DNA of 36,515 nucleotides from an uncultured Akkermansia sp. (GTDB lineage: Bacteria; Verrucomicrobiota; Verrucomicrobiia; Verrucomicrobiales; V1-33): positions 1-36,515 of the forward strand of contig CAZYHO010000002.1 in NCBI GenBank assembly GCA_964647495.1, given 5' to 3'. Below are positions 1 through 9,970 of the stretch, piece after piece; position 1 is the stretch's first letter, and each line of letters starts with the position of its first letter. The notes under the pieces are model-generated. The model did not search any database and was not told the origin of the DNA. It saw nothing but the letters and a program-made list of their open reading frames with translations. A program made the position numbers and the translations under genes.

Positions 1-499
1 ATCTCTGGCTTGGGTGGGACGCGAGCCTCCGGGCGCGTCAGCGGTTGCCGCGTGCCGGGGATGGCCCGGTTGCCGATTCTCCCGAGGCGTCCGAGCAGCA
101 CACGAACGACTCCTGCGGCCTCGTGTTCATCCGGAATCACAAGTCAAGTCTGCGCCCGATGGAGAGCTTCGCGAACCGGAGCGCTACGATCGTGGCCGCA
201 AGGCCGCAAAGAAAATGCGAAAAACCACTTGCACGAGGCGGCGGGACCGGCATTGTCGCCCCTCCTTCTTGGCAGGGCTGGGTCAGTTCTGCTCACAGGA
301 TTTATCGGGAAGCGCTCCGGAAAAGAAGCGCGTGCTGAGCGATCGCCGTCTCCGGAGAGGGGCGGTGCGAATGCGGTTCCCGGTAGGTGTTGCAAGAGGG
401 GAGAGAATCGAGGGAAGACCGCCCGATCCGATTTCGGAACCGCCTCCGGTGCCGCATTTCCCGTTTCCATTTGTTTATCCGTCCGCCAGTCCGTCCGTC

Positions 500-907
500 A
501 TGCCAACCATCCAACAGCTTGTCCGCAAAGGCCGCACGCCGGCCCGCGTGAAATCGAAGTCTCCGGCGATGGAGAACTGTCCGGCGCGCCGTGGGGTGTG
601 CCTGCAGGTGATGACGCGCACGCCGAAGAAGCCGAACTCCGCGCTTCGGAAGGTGTGCAAGGTGCGCCTGACCAACGGGTACGAGGTGATCGCCTACATC
701 GGCGGCGAAGGCCACAACCTCCAGGAGCACTCGATCGTCCTGGTGCGCGGCGGCCGCGTCAAAGACTTGCCGGGTGTCCGCTACCACGTCGTGCGCGGCG
801 CCCTTGACTGCCTGGGCGTGGACAAACGCCGCGTCAGCCGGTCGAAATACGGCGCCAAGCGACCGAAACCCGGCGCCGCCGCCGCTCCGGCCAAGGGGAA
901 GAAATAA
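500..907 (+). CDS. rpsL: 30S ribosomal protein S12
   Basis: In-frame ATG at 500 inside track ORF 14..907. The product [12 protein letters not shown]...[25 protein letters not shown]...[13 protein letters not shown] is canonical S12. The 14..499 part of the ORF is Arg/Pro-rich and not S12-like. Confidence 0.97.
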   Translation: MPTIQQLVRKGRTPARVKSKSPAMENCPARRGVCLQVMTRTPKKPNSALRKVCKVRLTNGYEVIAYIGGEGHNLQEHSIVLVRGGRVKDLPGVRYHVVRGALDCLGVDKRRVSRSKYGAKRPKPGAAAAPAKGKK

Positions 908-961
908 TCGACCGCCAGCCGACCTCATCACGAGCCACCCACACTTTCACCCGCTTCCGCC

Positions 962-1435
962 ATGGCCCGCCGCAAACGCGTTTATCACAAGCCCGACAGT
1001 CGCGATCCCCGATACGATTCGCCGCTGGTCGCCCGTTTCATCGCCAAGATGATGTCGGACGGCAAAAAATCGGTCGCCGAGCGCATCGTGTACGCCGCGA
1101 TCGACAAGGTGAACGAGAGTTCCAGTTCGGTCGACCCGCTCGAGATCTTCAACCGTGCCGTGGAAAACGCGAAGCCGCGCCTGGAAGTGAAATCGCGGCG
1201 CGTCGGCGGCGCGACGTACCAGGTGCCGCTCGAATTGTCCCCCGACCGCTCCGAATCACTGGCCATGCGATGGCTGATCACGTACGCGCGCAACCGCAAG
1301 GGGACGCCGATGTGGTCCGCGCTCGCCAACGAAATCCGCGACGCCGCCTCCGGCCAGGGGAGCGCGATCCGCAAGCGCGACGACGTGCATAAAATGGCGC
1401 AGGCGAACCGGGCCTTCGCGCATTTCCGCTGGTAA
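962..1435 (+). CDS. rpsG: 30S ribosomal protein S7
   Basis: MARRKR...[13 protein letters not shown]...[14 protein letters not shown]...[10 protein letters not shown]...[10 protein letters not shown] is a typical S7 sequence. It sits directly after rpsL, as in the str operon. Confidence 0.97.
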   Translation: MARRKRVYHKPDSRDPRYDSPLVARFIAKMMSDGKKSVAERIVYAAIDKVNESSSSVDPLEIFNRAVENAKPRLEVKSRRVGGATYQVPLELSPDRSESLAMRWLITYARNRKGTPMWSALANEIRDAASGQGSAIRKRDDVHKMAQANRAFAHFRW

Positions 1436-1485
1436 CCCGCCCCTTTTATCCCGGCTCCACAGATTTCATCCGTTTTTTCCCTTCA

Positions 1486-3648
1486 ATGTCGGCCAACCCC
1501 AACAGTCCAGACCGCCAGTTTCCGCTCGAACGGACGCGCAACATCGGCATCGCCGCGCACATCGACGCGGGCAAAACGACTTTGACCGAGCGTATCCTCT
1601 TTTACACCGGCATGGTCCACCGCATCGGCGAAGTCCATGACGGCGCCGCCACCACGGACTGGATGGAACAGGAAAAGGAGCGCGGCATCACCATCACGTC
1701 CGCCGCCGTCACCACCAAGTGGAAGCAGCTCAAGAACGAGGGCGTCTACAAGGCGTACGAGTCCGTCGAGCAGCGCATCAATATCATCGACACACCCGGC
1801 CACGTCGACTTCACGGCCGAGGTCGAGCGCTCGCTTCGTGTGCTCGACGGCGCCGTCGCCGTGTTCTGCGGGGTGGCGGGCGTCCAGCCCCAGTCGGAAA
1901 CCGTCTGGCGCCAGGCGAACAAGTACGGAGTCCCGCGCATCGCGTTCGTCAATAAAATGGACCGCACCGGCGCGAACTTTAACAACGTCGTCGACGACAT
2001 CCGCAACAAGCTGGGCGCCAACGGCTGGCCGATCCTCATCCCCATCGGCGCCGAAGACAAGCTCAAGGGCCAGATCGACGTCGTCAACAAGAAGGCGATC
2101 GTTTATTCGGACAACGACAAGTTCGGCTCGACCTACGAGGTCATCGACCTCACGCCCGAGCAGCAGGCGATCGCCGACGAGGCGTATGACGGCCTGGTCG
2201 CCGCGCTGTGCGACGTGGACGACACTATCGGCACGCTCTTTCTCGAGGAAAAACCGATCTCGATCCCGGACGTGAAAGCCGCCCTGCGCCGCGCGACCAT
2301 CGCCAACCGGATCGTCCCGATCGTCGGCGGCTCCGCCTTCAAAAACAAAGGCGTGCAATACCTGCTCGACGCCGTGGTCGATTACCTGCCCAGCCCGCTC
2401 GACATCCCGGCCGCCAAGGGAGTCAGCGCGATCAACCCGGAAGAATCCCTCGAGGTCCCGGTCAGCGACAACGACACGTTCGTCGGCCTCGCTTTCAAGC
2501 TGTGGTCGGACAAATTCGGGCGCCTCACATTTTTCCGCATTTATTCCGGCACGCTGTCCAAGGGCGACACGGTTTACAATCCGCGCACACGCAAGACCGA
2601 CCGCATCGGCCGCCTCATCCAGATCCAGGCGAATGTCCACACCGACATCGAGACCTGCTACGCCGGTGACATCGCCGCCATCGTCGGCCTCAAGAACGTG
2701 ACGACCGGGGACACGCTGACCGCGGAGGACAACGAGCTGCTCCTCGAGCCGCCGTCGTTCCCCGACCCGGTCATCAGCATGGCGATCGAGCCGAGAACGA
2801 AGGTCGACCAGGAAAAGATGTCCAACGCCCTGCAGCGGCTCTCCGAGGAAGATCCCACGTTCCGCGTCTACACCGACGAGGAAACCGGCCAGACCATCAT
2901 TGCCGGCATGGGCGAACTTCACCTCGAAATCCTGCGCGACCGCATGCAGCGCGAGCACAGGGTGGACACCGACGCCGGCAAGCCGCAGATCGCTTACCGC
3001 GAAACCATCACCCAGAACGCGGAAGGCGAAGGCAAGCTCGTCAAACAAACCGGCGGCCGCGGCCAATACGGCCACGTCGTGCTCCGCGTCTCCACCGTCG
3101 AGAAAGGCAAGGGATTCACCGTCGAAAGCAAGGTGGTCGGCGGCACGATCCCGAAAGAATTCATCGCGCCCGCCATGGCCGGCGTTCGCGAGGCCACCCA
3201 GAACGGCGTCATCGCGGGTTACCCGGTCGTCGACCTGCACGTCGAAATCTACGACGGCAGTTACCACGACGTCGACTCGAACGAAAACGCCTTCAAGATG
3301 GCCGGCATCTTCGCGCTCAAGGACGCCCTGAGAAAAGCCAGGTGCATCCTGCTCGAGCCGATCATGGCCGTCGAGGCGGTCACACCCGAGGCGAATCAAG
3401 GCGATATCATGGGCGACCTGAACCGCCGCCGCGGCCGCATCAGCGGCATCGACAACAAAAACGGCCTCGCCATCATCAAGGCCGAGGTGCCGCTGGCGGA
3501 AATGTTCGGTTACTCGACCGCCATCCGCACGCTCTCCTCGGGCCGCGCCTCGTACACCATGGAGCCAAGCAAATTCGAGGAAGTCCCACGCAACATCGTC
3601 GACCAGATCGTCGAGTCCCGCGGCGGCAAACTCAAGGACAAGGAGTAA
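1486..3648 (+). CDS. fusA: translation elongation factor G
   Basis: 720-aa product with GTPase motifs [17 protein letters not shown] and NKMD. EF-G domain IV/V sequences are present ([20 protein letters not shown]). Position after rpsG fits the str operon. Confidence 0.98.
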   Translation: MSANPNSPDRQFPLERTRNIGIAAHIDAGKTTLTERILFYTGMVHRIGEVHDGAATTDWMEQEKERGITITSAAVTTKWKQLKNEGVYKAYESVEQRINIIDTPGHVDFTAEVERSLRVLDGAVAVFCGVAGVQPQSETVWRQANKYGVPRIAFVNKMDRTGANFNNVVDDIRNKLGANGWPILIPIGAEDKLKGQIDVVNKKAIVYSDNDKFGSTYEVIDLTPEQQAIADEAYDGLVAALCDVDDTIGTLFLEEKPISIPDVKAALRRATIANRIVPIVGGSAFKNKGVQYLLDAVVDYLPSPLDIPAAKGVSAINPEESLEVPVSDNDTFVGLAFKLWSDKFGRLTFFRIYSGTLSKGDTVYNPRTRKTDRIGRLIQIQANVHTDIETCYAGDIAAIVGLKNVTTGDTLTAEDNELLLEPPSFPDPVISMAIEPRTKVDQEKMSNALQRLSEEDPTFRVYTDEETGQTIIAGMGELHLEILRDRMQREHRVDTDAGKPQIAYRETITQNAEGEGKLVKQTGGRGQYGHVVLRVSTVEKGKGFTVESKVVGGTIPKEFIAPAMAGVREATQNGVIAGYPVVDLHVEIYDGSYHDVDSNENAFKMAGIFALKDALRKARCILLEPIMAVEAVTPEANQGDIMGDLNRRRGRISGIDNKNGLAIIKAEVPLAEMFGYSTAIRTLSSGRASYTMEPSKFEEVPRNIVDQIVESRGGKLKDKE

Positions 3649-3700
3649 TCCACACACCGCCACCGCCGCTCACGCCGCCCACCGCCACACACTTTCAATC

Positions 3701-4009
3701 ATGGAATCGCAACGCATACGCATCCGGCTTCGTGCCTTCGACTGCCGCGTTCTCGACAAGTCCGTTGTCGAGATCGTCGACACCGCCAAGCGCACCGGAG
3801 CGCTGGTGGCCGGCCCCATTCCGCTGCCGACGCGCATCGAAAAATTCACCGTCAACCGCTCGCCTCACGTCGACAAAAAATCGATGGACCAGTTCGAGCT
3901 GCGCACGCACAAGCGGCTGCTGGACATCGTGAACCCGACCATGAACACGGTGGACGAGCTGAAGAAGCTCAACCTCCCCGCCGGCGTGGACATCACGATC
4001 AAGATCTGA
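3701..4009 (+). CDS. rpsJ: 30S ribosomal protein S10
   Basis: 102 aa, IRIRLRAFD...LDKS...[10 protein letters not shown]...GPIPLPT...[23 protein letters not shown], canonical S10. Confidence 0.97.
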   Translation: MESQRIRIRLRAFDCRVLDKSVVEIVDTAKRTGALVAGPIPLPTRIEKFTVNRSPHVDKKSMDQFELRTHKRLLDIVNPTMNTVDELKKLNLPAGVDITIKI

Positions 4010-4067
4010 CCATTTCCGCAATTTCGCACCCAACCACCACACCCACCCACACTAGAGGACGCCAATC

Positions 4068-4733
4068 ATGAGCCTGGGATTGCTTGGAAAAAAAATCGGG
4101 ATGACCCGCATTTACACCGAGAAGGGTGAGGCCGTCGCCGTCACCGTGGTCGATGTCAGCGAGAACGACGTGCTGCAGGTCAAGGAGGCCGCCGGCACGG
4201 ACGGATACTCGGCCGTGCAGGTCGGATTTCGCAACGGCAAGGCAAAGCACCTGACCAAACAGGAGCAGGGCCATTGCAACAAGCACGGCGCGCCGCTCAA
4301 ACGGCACGTGCGCGAGTTCCGGCTGGCCGAAGGCGCCGAGGCGCCCGCCTCCGGGACGGCGCTGACCGCCGACGTGTTCCAGAAAGGACAGTTCGTCGAC
4401 GTGATCGGCGTGACCAAGGGCCGCGGGTTTCAAGGCGTCGTCAAACGCCACGGGTTCGCCGGCCAGCCGGCCTCGCACGGCTCGATGATGCACCGCCGGC
4501 CCGGCTCGATCGGCTGCCGCCTCACGCCGGGCCGCGTCTGGAAAAACCAGCGCATGCCGGGCCACATGGGCCAGGTGCGCCGCACCACCCAGAACCTCCA
4601 GATCGTCGAAACACGCACCGATGACAACGTGATCCTCATCCGCGGCAGCTTCCCCGGCGCCAAGGGAGATCTCGTCGTCATCCGTCCCGCGAAAAAGAAA
4701 CCGGCGCCCGCCGCCCCGGCGCCTGCCGCCTGA
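4068..4733 (+). CDS. rplC: 50S ribosomal protein L3
   Basis: LLGKKIGMTRIY...VTVV...GKGFQGVVKRHGF...HGS..HRRPGSIG..TPGRV.K...MPGHMG is the L3 signature. Ala/Pro-rich C-terminal tail. Confidence 0.97.
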   Translation: MSLGLLGKKIGMTRIYTEKGEAVAVTVVDVSENDVLQVKEAAGTDGYSAVQVGFRNGKAKHLTKQEQGHCNKHGAPLKRHVREFRLAEGAEAPASGTALTADVFQKGQFVDVIGVTKGRGFQGVVKRHGFAGQPASHGSMMHRRPGSIGCRLTPGRVWKNQRMPGHMGQVRRTTQNLQIVETRTDDNVILIRGSFPGAKGDLVVIRPAKKKPAPAAPAPAA

Positions 4734-4775
4734 TCCTGAACCTCCCGCCCATCCTTCACCACACCGGACACCCCG

Positions 4776-5390
4776 ATGGCCACCGTTCTCACACTCGACG
4801 CCGCGCGCTCGGCCCAACTGACCGTCCTCGACAAGCCGAAAAAGGCGTCGCAGGCCGTGCACGACACCGTGACCGCGATGCGCGCCAACCGCCGCTCCGG
4901 CACCGCGAACACCAAGACGCGCAGCGAACTCAAGAGGCCCGACAAAAAACCGTGGCGCCAGAAAGGCACCGGCCGCGCCCGCGCCGGCACGCCAAACAGC
5001 CCGATCTGGTGCGGCGGCGCTGTCGCTTTCGGCCCGAAACCGCGCGACTACTCGAAAAAAGTGAACCAGAAGGTCCGGAAACTGGCGCTGCGAGCGGTGC
5101 TCAGTTCGCGCATCCAGGCCGGCGACGTGCTGCAGGTGTCGGATTTCACGGTCGAGGACGGCAAGACGAAGAGTTTCGTGAAGCTGCTGCAATCGACCAC
5201 CGATGCCCGCAAGGTGCTCATCATCGCCGGGCAGTTCGACGAAAAGACATACCTCGCGGCCCGCAACCACGGCGGCGCGCAGTTGGTCACCGCCCGCGAC
5301 GTGAACGTCGAGCAGCTCGTCAATTACTCGAAAATCATTCTCACCGGTGACGCGCTGCCGGTGCTCGCCCAACGGACCGCCGCCGCTTAA
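4776..5390 (+). CDS. rplD: 50S ribosomal protein L4
   Basis: KPWRQKGTGRARAG...SPIW.GGAVAFGPKPRDY motif and position between rplC and rplW. Confidence 0.95.
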   Translation: MATVLTLDAARSAQLTVLDKPKKASQAVHDTVTAMRANRRSGTANTKTRSELKRPDKKPWRQKGTGRARAGTPNSPIWCGGAVAFGPKPRDYSKKVNQKVRKLALRAVLSSRIQAGDVLQVSDFTVEDGKTKSFVKLLQSTTDARKVLIIAGQFDEKTYLAARNHGGAQLVTARDVNVEQLVNYSKIILTGDALPVLAQRTAAA

Positions 5391-5393
5391 GCC

Positions 5394-5678
5394 ATGCAAA
5401 ACCTTTCCCACGTCATCAAAACCATCCGGCTCAGTGAGAAGGCGACCCTGCTCACCGAGAAACACAACGCTTACGTCTTCGAGGTTCATCCGAAGTCGAC
5501 GAAGCTGGAGATCGCTCAGGCCGTGCGCGCCGCCTTCGGCAAGAAGGTCGTTTCCGTGAACACGGCCAACTACGCCGGCAAGGCGAAGCGCAAACGCACA
5601 CCGCAGGCCGGCCGCACCGCCGCCTGGAAAAAGGCGATCGTCACGCTCGCCCCGGGAGAAAAGATCGATCTCGCCTAA
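5394..5678 (+). CDS. rplW: 50S ribosomal protein L23
   Basis: 94 aa with an L23-like sequence (IRLSEKAT.L....YVFEV....K.EI..AV...F..KV..VNT......K....G....WKKAIVTL). S10-operon position. Confidence 0.95.
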   Translation: MQNLSHVIKTIRLSEKATLLTEKHNAYVFEVHPKSTKLEIAQAVRAAFGKKVVSVNTANYAGKAKRKRTPQAGRTAAWKKAIVTLAPGEKIDLA

Positions 5679-5714
5679 GCCCTCATCCGCCCGCACCCGA
5701 AAGGAGACACCGCC

Positions 5715-6545
5715 ATGGCCCTTAAAACATTCCGCCCACTGACACCGGCCAGCCGCTTCAAGGCGCTTCCGACATTCGAGGAAGTCACGAAGCGGAAGCC
5801 GGAGAAGTCCCTCGTCTACACGCTCAAGAAAAGCGGTGGCCGCAACCATTCCGGCCGCATCACCTGCCGCCATATCGGCGGCGGCCACAAACGGAAGTAC
5901 CGCATGGTCGATTTCAAACGCGCGCGCACCGACGCCGCGAAGGTGATCGCCGTCGAGTACGATCCCAACCGCTCGGCGCGCATCGCGCTCATCCAGTACG
6001 GCGACGGCGCCAGAAGTTACATCCTCGCCCCGGCCGGGCTGGCCGTCGGCGCCACCGTGCAGGCCGGCCCGAAGGCGGCGCCGGAAGTCGGCAACGCACT
6101 GCCGCTCAGCCATATCCCGCTCGGCCATCAGGTCCACAACATCGAGCTTGAACCGGGCCGCGGCGGCAAAATCGCCCGCGCCGCCGGCCAGGCCGCCATC
6201 CTCAGCAACCGCGAAGGCGACTACGCCTTGCTGAAAATGCCGTCGGGCGAAATCCGCCGGCTGCACGCCCGCTGCCTCGCCACCATCGGCCAGGTCGGCA
6301 ACGTCGACCACATGAACGTCAGCTCCGGCAAAGCCGGCCGGTCGCGCTGGCTCGGCGTCCGGCCGACCGTGCGTGGCATGTGCATGAACCCGGTCGACCA
6401 CCCGAACGGCGGCGGCGAGGGCAAATCGAAGTCCGGTGGCGGCCGCCAGCACCTGAAGAGCCCGTGGGGGCACGCCAAGGGCCAGAAAACACGCAACCCG
6501 AAGAAGGCAAGCAACAAGCTGATCGTTCAGCGCCGCAGGAAATAA
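5715..6545 (+). CDS. rplB: 50S ribosomal protein L2
   Basis: 276 aa with GGRN..GRIT.RH.GGGHKR.YR.VDF, GN.LPL..IP.G..VHNIE and MNPVDHP.GGGEG. AAGGAG Shine-Dalgarno at 5701-5706. Confidence 0.98.
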   Translation: MALKTFRPLTPASRFKALPTFEEVTKRKPEKSLVYTLKKSGGRNHSGRITCRHIGGGHKRKYRMVDFKRARTDAAKVIAVEYDPNRSARIALIQYGDGARSYILAPAGLAVGATVQAGPKAAPEVGNALPLSHIPLGHQVHNIELEPGRGGKIARAAGQAAILSNREGDYALLKMPSGEIRRLHARCLATIGQVGNVDHMNVSSGKAGRSRWLGVRPTVRGMCMNPVDHPNGGGEGKSKSGGGRQHLKSPWGHAKGQKTRNPKKASNKLIVQRRRK

Positions 6546-6575
6546 CCCACCTCTCACCGACACCCGCATCACCCC

Positions 6576-6854
6576 ATGGGACGCTCACTCAAGAAAGGTC
6601 CGTTTGTTCAGCAGAAATTGCTGCTCAAGATCGACAAGCTGAACTCGGCCGGCCAGAAAAAGCCGATCAAGACGTGGTCGCGCGCCAGCATGGTGACGCC
6701 GGACTTTGTCGGCCACACCTTCATGGTGCACAACGGCAAGGACTTCGCCACCGTCTACGTCACCGAAAACATGGTCGGCCACAGGCTCGGCGAATTCAGC
6801 CCGACCCGGAAATTCATCAGCCACGGCAACCACACCGCCAAGGCCACCAAGTAA
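6576..6854 (+). CDS. rpsS: 30S ribosomal protein S19
   Basis: [11 protein letters not shown]...[40 protein letters not shown], canonical S19. Confidence 0.97.
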   Translation: MGRSLKKGPFVQQKLLLKIDKLNSAGQKKPIKTWSRASMVTPDFVGHTFMVHNGKDFATVYVTENMVGHRLGEFSPTRKFISHGNHTAKATK

Positions 6855-6889
6855 GTTCAATCGATCCGCCCGCCCGTCTGTCACGCGCC

Positions 6890-7660
6890 ATGTCCGGCCA
6901 TCCCACAGCCTCCGCCCGCCTTCTTCTGCCAGCCCTGCTGGCGGCCGCGGTGGTCTGTGCGCCGGCTGCGCCCGCCCAGGATGCCTCGCTGGAAGCCGCC
7001 GAGGCGCGCACCGCGCTCAAGGCCGCCCTCACCCAGATCCAGGATCTGCAGGACCGCCTGGCCGCGGAAAAAAGCGCCAACAATGCCATGGCCGTCAAGG
7101 TCGGCATCCTCAGCTCCGAGGCCGGCGCCGCCCGCGAGGAACTCGCCGAGATCAAACACCGCGCCGAGGCGACCGGCCCGGCCCAGGACACCCGCGGGCT
7201 GGAGCGCCGCGTGCTCGATGCCCTGAACGATCTCCGCCTGACCCGCGAGGCGCGGAATGAGGCGGAACACCGCCTTCACCAGCTCGCCGAGTCGGTCCAG
7301 GCGTATCTCGCCGCCGATGCCGCCACCGCGCCCACGTTGCGCGCCGGCCTCGAACAGGCACTGGCCGCCGCCGTCGCGCCGCCGCCGGAGACCGACCCGA
7401 ATCCTTCGCCCGCGCGCATCGAGTCCAGCCGCGTGGTCAGCGTCAAGCCGGACCAGCGGCTGCTCATCGTGAATGCCGGCGCCCTCGCCGGCATGAAACC
7501 CGGCACGCCGCTGCGCATTTATCGCAACGACCGCCCGCTCGCCTCCGCCGTTGTCGTCGAGGTGCGCCCGGCCATCAGCGGAAGCCTCGTCACCCAGCTT
7601 GAGGGCGAGGAGTTTCCCCGCGTCGGGGACACACTGCGTCTCTTGTCCGAAAACCGGTAA
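6890..7660 (+). CDS. hypothetical exported coiled-coil protein with a C-terminal small beta-rich domain (non-ribosomal insert in the S10 operon)
   Basis: In-frame ATG at 6890 within track ORF 6380..7660; the upstream part overlaps rplB/rpsS and is implausible. The 256-aa product has a signal-like N-terminus (ARLLLPALLAAAVVCAPAAPA), an Ala/Glu/Leu/Arg-rich heptad-like region at aa ~30-160, and a Pro-rich linker. The C-terminal motif is VVSVKPDQRLLIVNAGALAGMKPGTPLRIYRNDRPLASAVVVEV. Gaps to rpsS and rplV are 35 and 39 nt. Confidence 0.65.
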   Translation: MSGHPTASARLLLPALLAAAVVCAPAAPAQDASLEAAEARTALKAALTQIQDLQDRLAAEKSANNAMAVKVGILSSEAGAAREELAEIKHRAEATGPAQDTRGLERRVLDALNDLRLTREARNEAEHRLHQLAESVQAYLAADAATAPTLRAGLEQALAAAVAPPPETDPNPSPARIESSRVVSVKPDQRLLIVNAGALAGMKPGTPLRIYRNDRPLASAVVVEVRPAISGSLVTQLEGEEFPRVGDTLRLLSENR

Positions 7661-7699
7661 CCCGCCCGCTTTTTTCCACCCGTTCGAACCCGCATCACC

Positions 7700-8164
7700 A
7701 TGGAAGTCAGAGCCATCGCCCGTCAACAGCGCATCTCGCCCCTCAAGGCGCGGGAGGTCGCCCGCGAAATCCAAGGTCTCTCCGCCTCGCGGGCGCTGGA
7801 TCTGCTCAATTTCGTGCCGAAAAAAGCAGCCACCATGATCGGCAAGACGCTCAAGAGCGCCATCGCCAACGCCGAGCACAACAACGGCCTGGAACCGAAC
7901 AGCCTCGTCGTCAAAAGCGCCATCGTCACCGAAGCGCGCCACCTTTCCCGAATCACCCAGCGCGCCAAAGGATCCGCCTCGCCGATCAAGCGCCGCAGCA
8001 GCCACATCACCATCGTCCTCAGCGACGAAATCCTCCCGCCAGCACCGAAAACCAAAACCGGCATCAGAAACCCCGCCCATCGCCGCCAAGCCGCCAAGGC
8101 CGCCAAGCCTGCCGAAACAGCAGGATCATCCGAACCCGCCGGATCCGCCGAGTCACCCGAATAA
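7700..8164 (+). CDS. rplV: 50S ribosomal protein L22 (with ~45-aa C-terminal Ala/Pro/Lys-rich extension)
   Basis: The first ~110 aa (ARQQRISPLKAREVAR.I.G..A..AL..L.F.PKKAA......L.SA.ANAE.N......LVV....V.E.....R...RA.G.A..I..R.SHITIVL) are L22-like. The remainder is low-complexity. Confidence 0.95.
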   Translation: MEVRAIARQQRISPLKAREVAREIQGLSASRALDLLNFVPKKAATMIGKTLKSAIANAEHNNGLEPNSLVVKSAIVTEARHLSRITQRAKGSASPIKRRSSHITIVLSDEILPPAPKTKTGIRNPAHRRQAAKAAKPAETAGSSEPAGSAESPE

Positions 8165-8188
8165 CCCCCAACGCACCTCTTTTTTACC

Positions 8189-8896
8189 ATGGGCCAAAAA
8201 GTCAATCCGATCGGCTACCGCCTCGCCGTCACCAAAGACTGGCGCTCGAAGTGGTTCGCGACCAGGCAGGAGTTCGCGGACAACCTGTACAGCGACCACC
8301 GCATCCGCGCGTACCTCAAGAAACAGCTCTCGTTCGCCGCCGTCTCGAAAATCCTCATCGAGCGCGCCTGGAACAGCGTGCGCGTCACGCTCTTCACCGC
8401 GCGGCCGGGCCTCGTCATCGGCAAACGCGGATCCGAAATCGAGCGCTTCAATACCGACATCTCGGCCCTCTGCGGCGGCAAACAGGTCAAGATCGACATT
8501 TACGAAATCAAGCAACCCGAGCTTGACGCGCAGCTTATCTCGGAGAACATCGCCCTCCAGTTGGAGCGGCGGATCGCCTTCCGGCGGGCGATGAAGCGCG
8601 CGGTGCAGACCGCGATGGATTTTGGGGCCGAAGGCATCCGGGTTCGTTGTGCCGGCCGTCTGGGCGGCGCCGATATCGCCCGGGCGGAGCAGTACCGCGA
8701 AGGCAAGGTGCCGCTCCAAACCCTCCGCACCAACATCGACTACGGCTTCTCCGAAGCCCGCACCGTCTACGGCATCATCGGCGTCAAATGCTGGCTCACC
8801 AAGCGCGACGAAGAAGAGGCCGGCACGGTCCAGAAGCGCGAAACCCGCGAGTCCCGCCCCCGTCCCAACCGCGACGCCGCCGAAGCCCGCCCCTGA
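8189..8896 (+). CDS. rpsC: 30S ribosomal protein S3
   Basis: MGQKVNPIGYRL....DW.S.WFA, a KH-domain segment (RPG.VIGKRGSEIE) and GRLGGA.IAR.E.YREG.VPLQTLR..IDYG. Confidence 0.97.
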   Translation: MGQKVNPIGYRLAVTKDWRSKWFATRQEFADNLYSDHRIRAYLKKQLSFAAVSKILIERAWNSVRVTLFTARPGLVIGKRGSEIERFNTDISALCGGKQVKIDIYEIKQPELDAQLISENIALQLERRIAFRRAMKRAVQTAMDFGAEGIRVRCAGRLGGADIARAEQYREGKVPLQTLRTNIDYGFSEARTVYGIIGVKCWLTKRDEEEAGTVQKRETRESRPRPNRDAAEARP

Positions 8897-8932
8897 TCCC
8901 ACCCTCCATCCACCCGCACCCGATTCCGGCAT

Positions 8933-9349
8933 ATGGCATTGATCCCCAGCAGAACCAAGTTTCGCAAATCCCATCGCGGCAGCCGCGCCGGCAACGCCTC
9001 GCGTGGCACCACCGTCGCGTTCGGCGAGTACGGCCTCCAGTCGCTCGGCCGTGGTTGGGTGACCAGCCAGCAGATCGAAGCCTGCCGCGTGGCCATCAAC
9101 CGCGCCCTCAAACGCAAGGGCAAGGTGTGGATCCGCATTTTCCCGCACAAGCCGATCACCAAGCGCCCGCCCGAAACCCGCATGGGCAAAGGCAAGGGCG
9201 CGCCGGAATTCTGGGTCGCCGTGGTGCGCCCCGGTCTCGTCCTCTTCGAAGTCGGCGGCGCCTCCGAGTCGATCGCCAAGGAGGCATTCCGGCTGGCCTC
9301 GGCCAAGCTCGGCCTGCGCTGCCGGTTCCTCGCTCGCGACGCCCATTGA
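8933..9349 (+). CDS. rplP: 50S ribosomal protein L16
   Basis: P.RTKFRK.HRG...G.A.RG....FGEYGL......W.T..QIEA.R.AI.R..KR.GK.WIRIFP.KP.T.KP.E.RMGKGKG.PE.WVAVV.PG..LFE. Confidence 0.97.
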   Translation: MALIPSRTKFRKSHRGSRAGNASRGTTVAFGEYGLQSLGRGWVTSQQIEACRVAINRALKRKGKVWIRIFPHKPITKRPPETRMGKGKGAPEFWVAVVRPGLVLFEVGGASESIAKEAFRLASAKLGLRCRFLARDAH

Positions 9350-9391
9350 TCCCGCCCCGCCACCACTGCCCGCACCCCGCCACTCACCGAG

Positions 9392-9595
9392 ATGAAAACC
9401 AAGGAATTCAAGGATCTGTCCACCGAAGAGCTGGCACGGCGCGAGGCCGAATTGCGCCAGGAACTCATGAACCTGCGCATCCAGAAGGCCAGCGGCCAGC
9501 TCGAAAACACCGCGCGCATCACCCTCGTCCGCAAGTCCATCGCCCGTCTCCAGACGCTTTCCCGCCAGCGCCGCCTGGCGCCCGCCGCCCGCTGA
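9392..9595 (+). CDS. rpmC: 50S ribosomal protein L29
   Basis: 67 aa, K..E.KDLS.EEL..RE.ELRQELMNLR.QKA.GQLEN...I...RK.IAR..T. Position between rplP and rpsQ. Confidence 0.9.
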   Translation: MKTKEFKDLSTEELARREAELRQELMNLRIQKASGQLENTARITLVRKSIARLQTLSRQRRLAPAAR

Positions 9596-9637
9596 CGCTT
9601 TTCCACGACCCGTTTCGCCCCATTCCGCCAATCCACC

Positions 9638-9952
9638 ATGAGTGATTCCGACAGCGCCCCCGCCGCCGAGACCGCCGCCGCCCAGGCCGACGGCGCCACC
9701 GCCCCTGCCCGCGGGCTCCGCAAAACCCGCGTCGGCCAGGTCGTGTCCGCGAAAATGAACAAGACGATCGTCGTCGAAGTCGTCCGCCGCGTCCCGCACC
9801 CGCAGTTCAAGAAAATCATCAAACGCACCACCAGGTTCTACGCCCACGACGAAAAGGGCGAGGCCAAGGAAGGCCAGCGGGTCCGCATCATGGAAACCCG
9901 CCCGCTCAGCAAACTCAAGCGCTGGCGCCTCATCGAAGTCCTCGCCCACTGA
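9638..9952 (+). CDS. rpsQ: 30S ribosomal protein S17 (with ~25-aa acidic/Ala-rich N-terminal extension)
   Basis: The core [24 protein letters not shown]...F.AHDE....EG..V.I.ETRPLSK.KRW.L.EVL is S17. Confidence 0.93.
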   Translation: MSDSDSAPAAETAAAQADGATAPARGLRKTRVGQVVSAKMNKTIVVEVVRRVPHPQFKKIIKRTTRFYAHDEKGEAKEGQRVRIMETRPLSKLKRWRLIEVLAH

Positions 9953-9970
9953 AACCGAGCTACCAAACCC

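Noticed and set aside
1483-3663. 726-aa minus-strand ORF exactly mirroring fusA
   Set aside because: It is antisense to an unmistakable EF-G gene. Its composition (Asp/Ala/Gly/Val/Arg-rich, no recognisable motifs) is what a GC-rich gene yields on the opposite strand. It is a stop-codon-depleted shadow ORF.
3999-6572. 857-aa minus-strand ORF spanning rplC-rplB
   Set aside because: It crosses four independent, well-recognised ribosomal protein genes and their spacers on the opposite strand. Low-complexity Ala/Gly/Arg composition marks it as a GC artefact.
6380-6889. 5' extension of the inserted ORF (track ORF 6380..7660) overlapping the end of rplB and all of rpsS
   Set aside because: The extension is Arg/Pro/Gln-rich and out of frame with real genes. 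The internal ATG at 6890 gives a clean signal-peptide start just after the rpsS stop.
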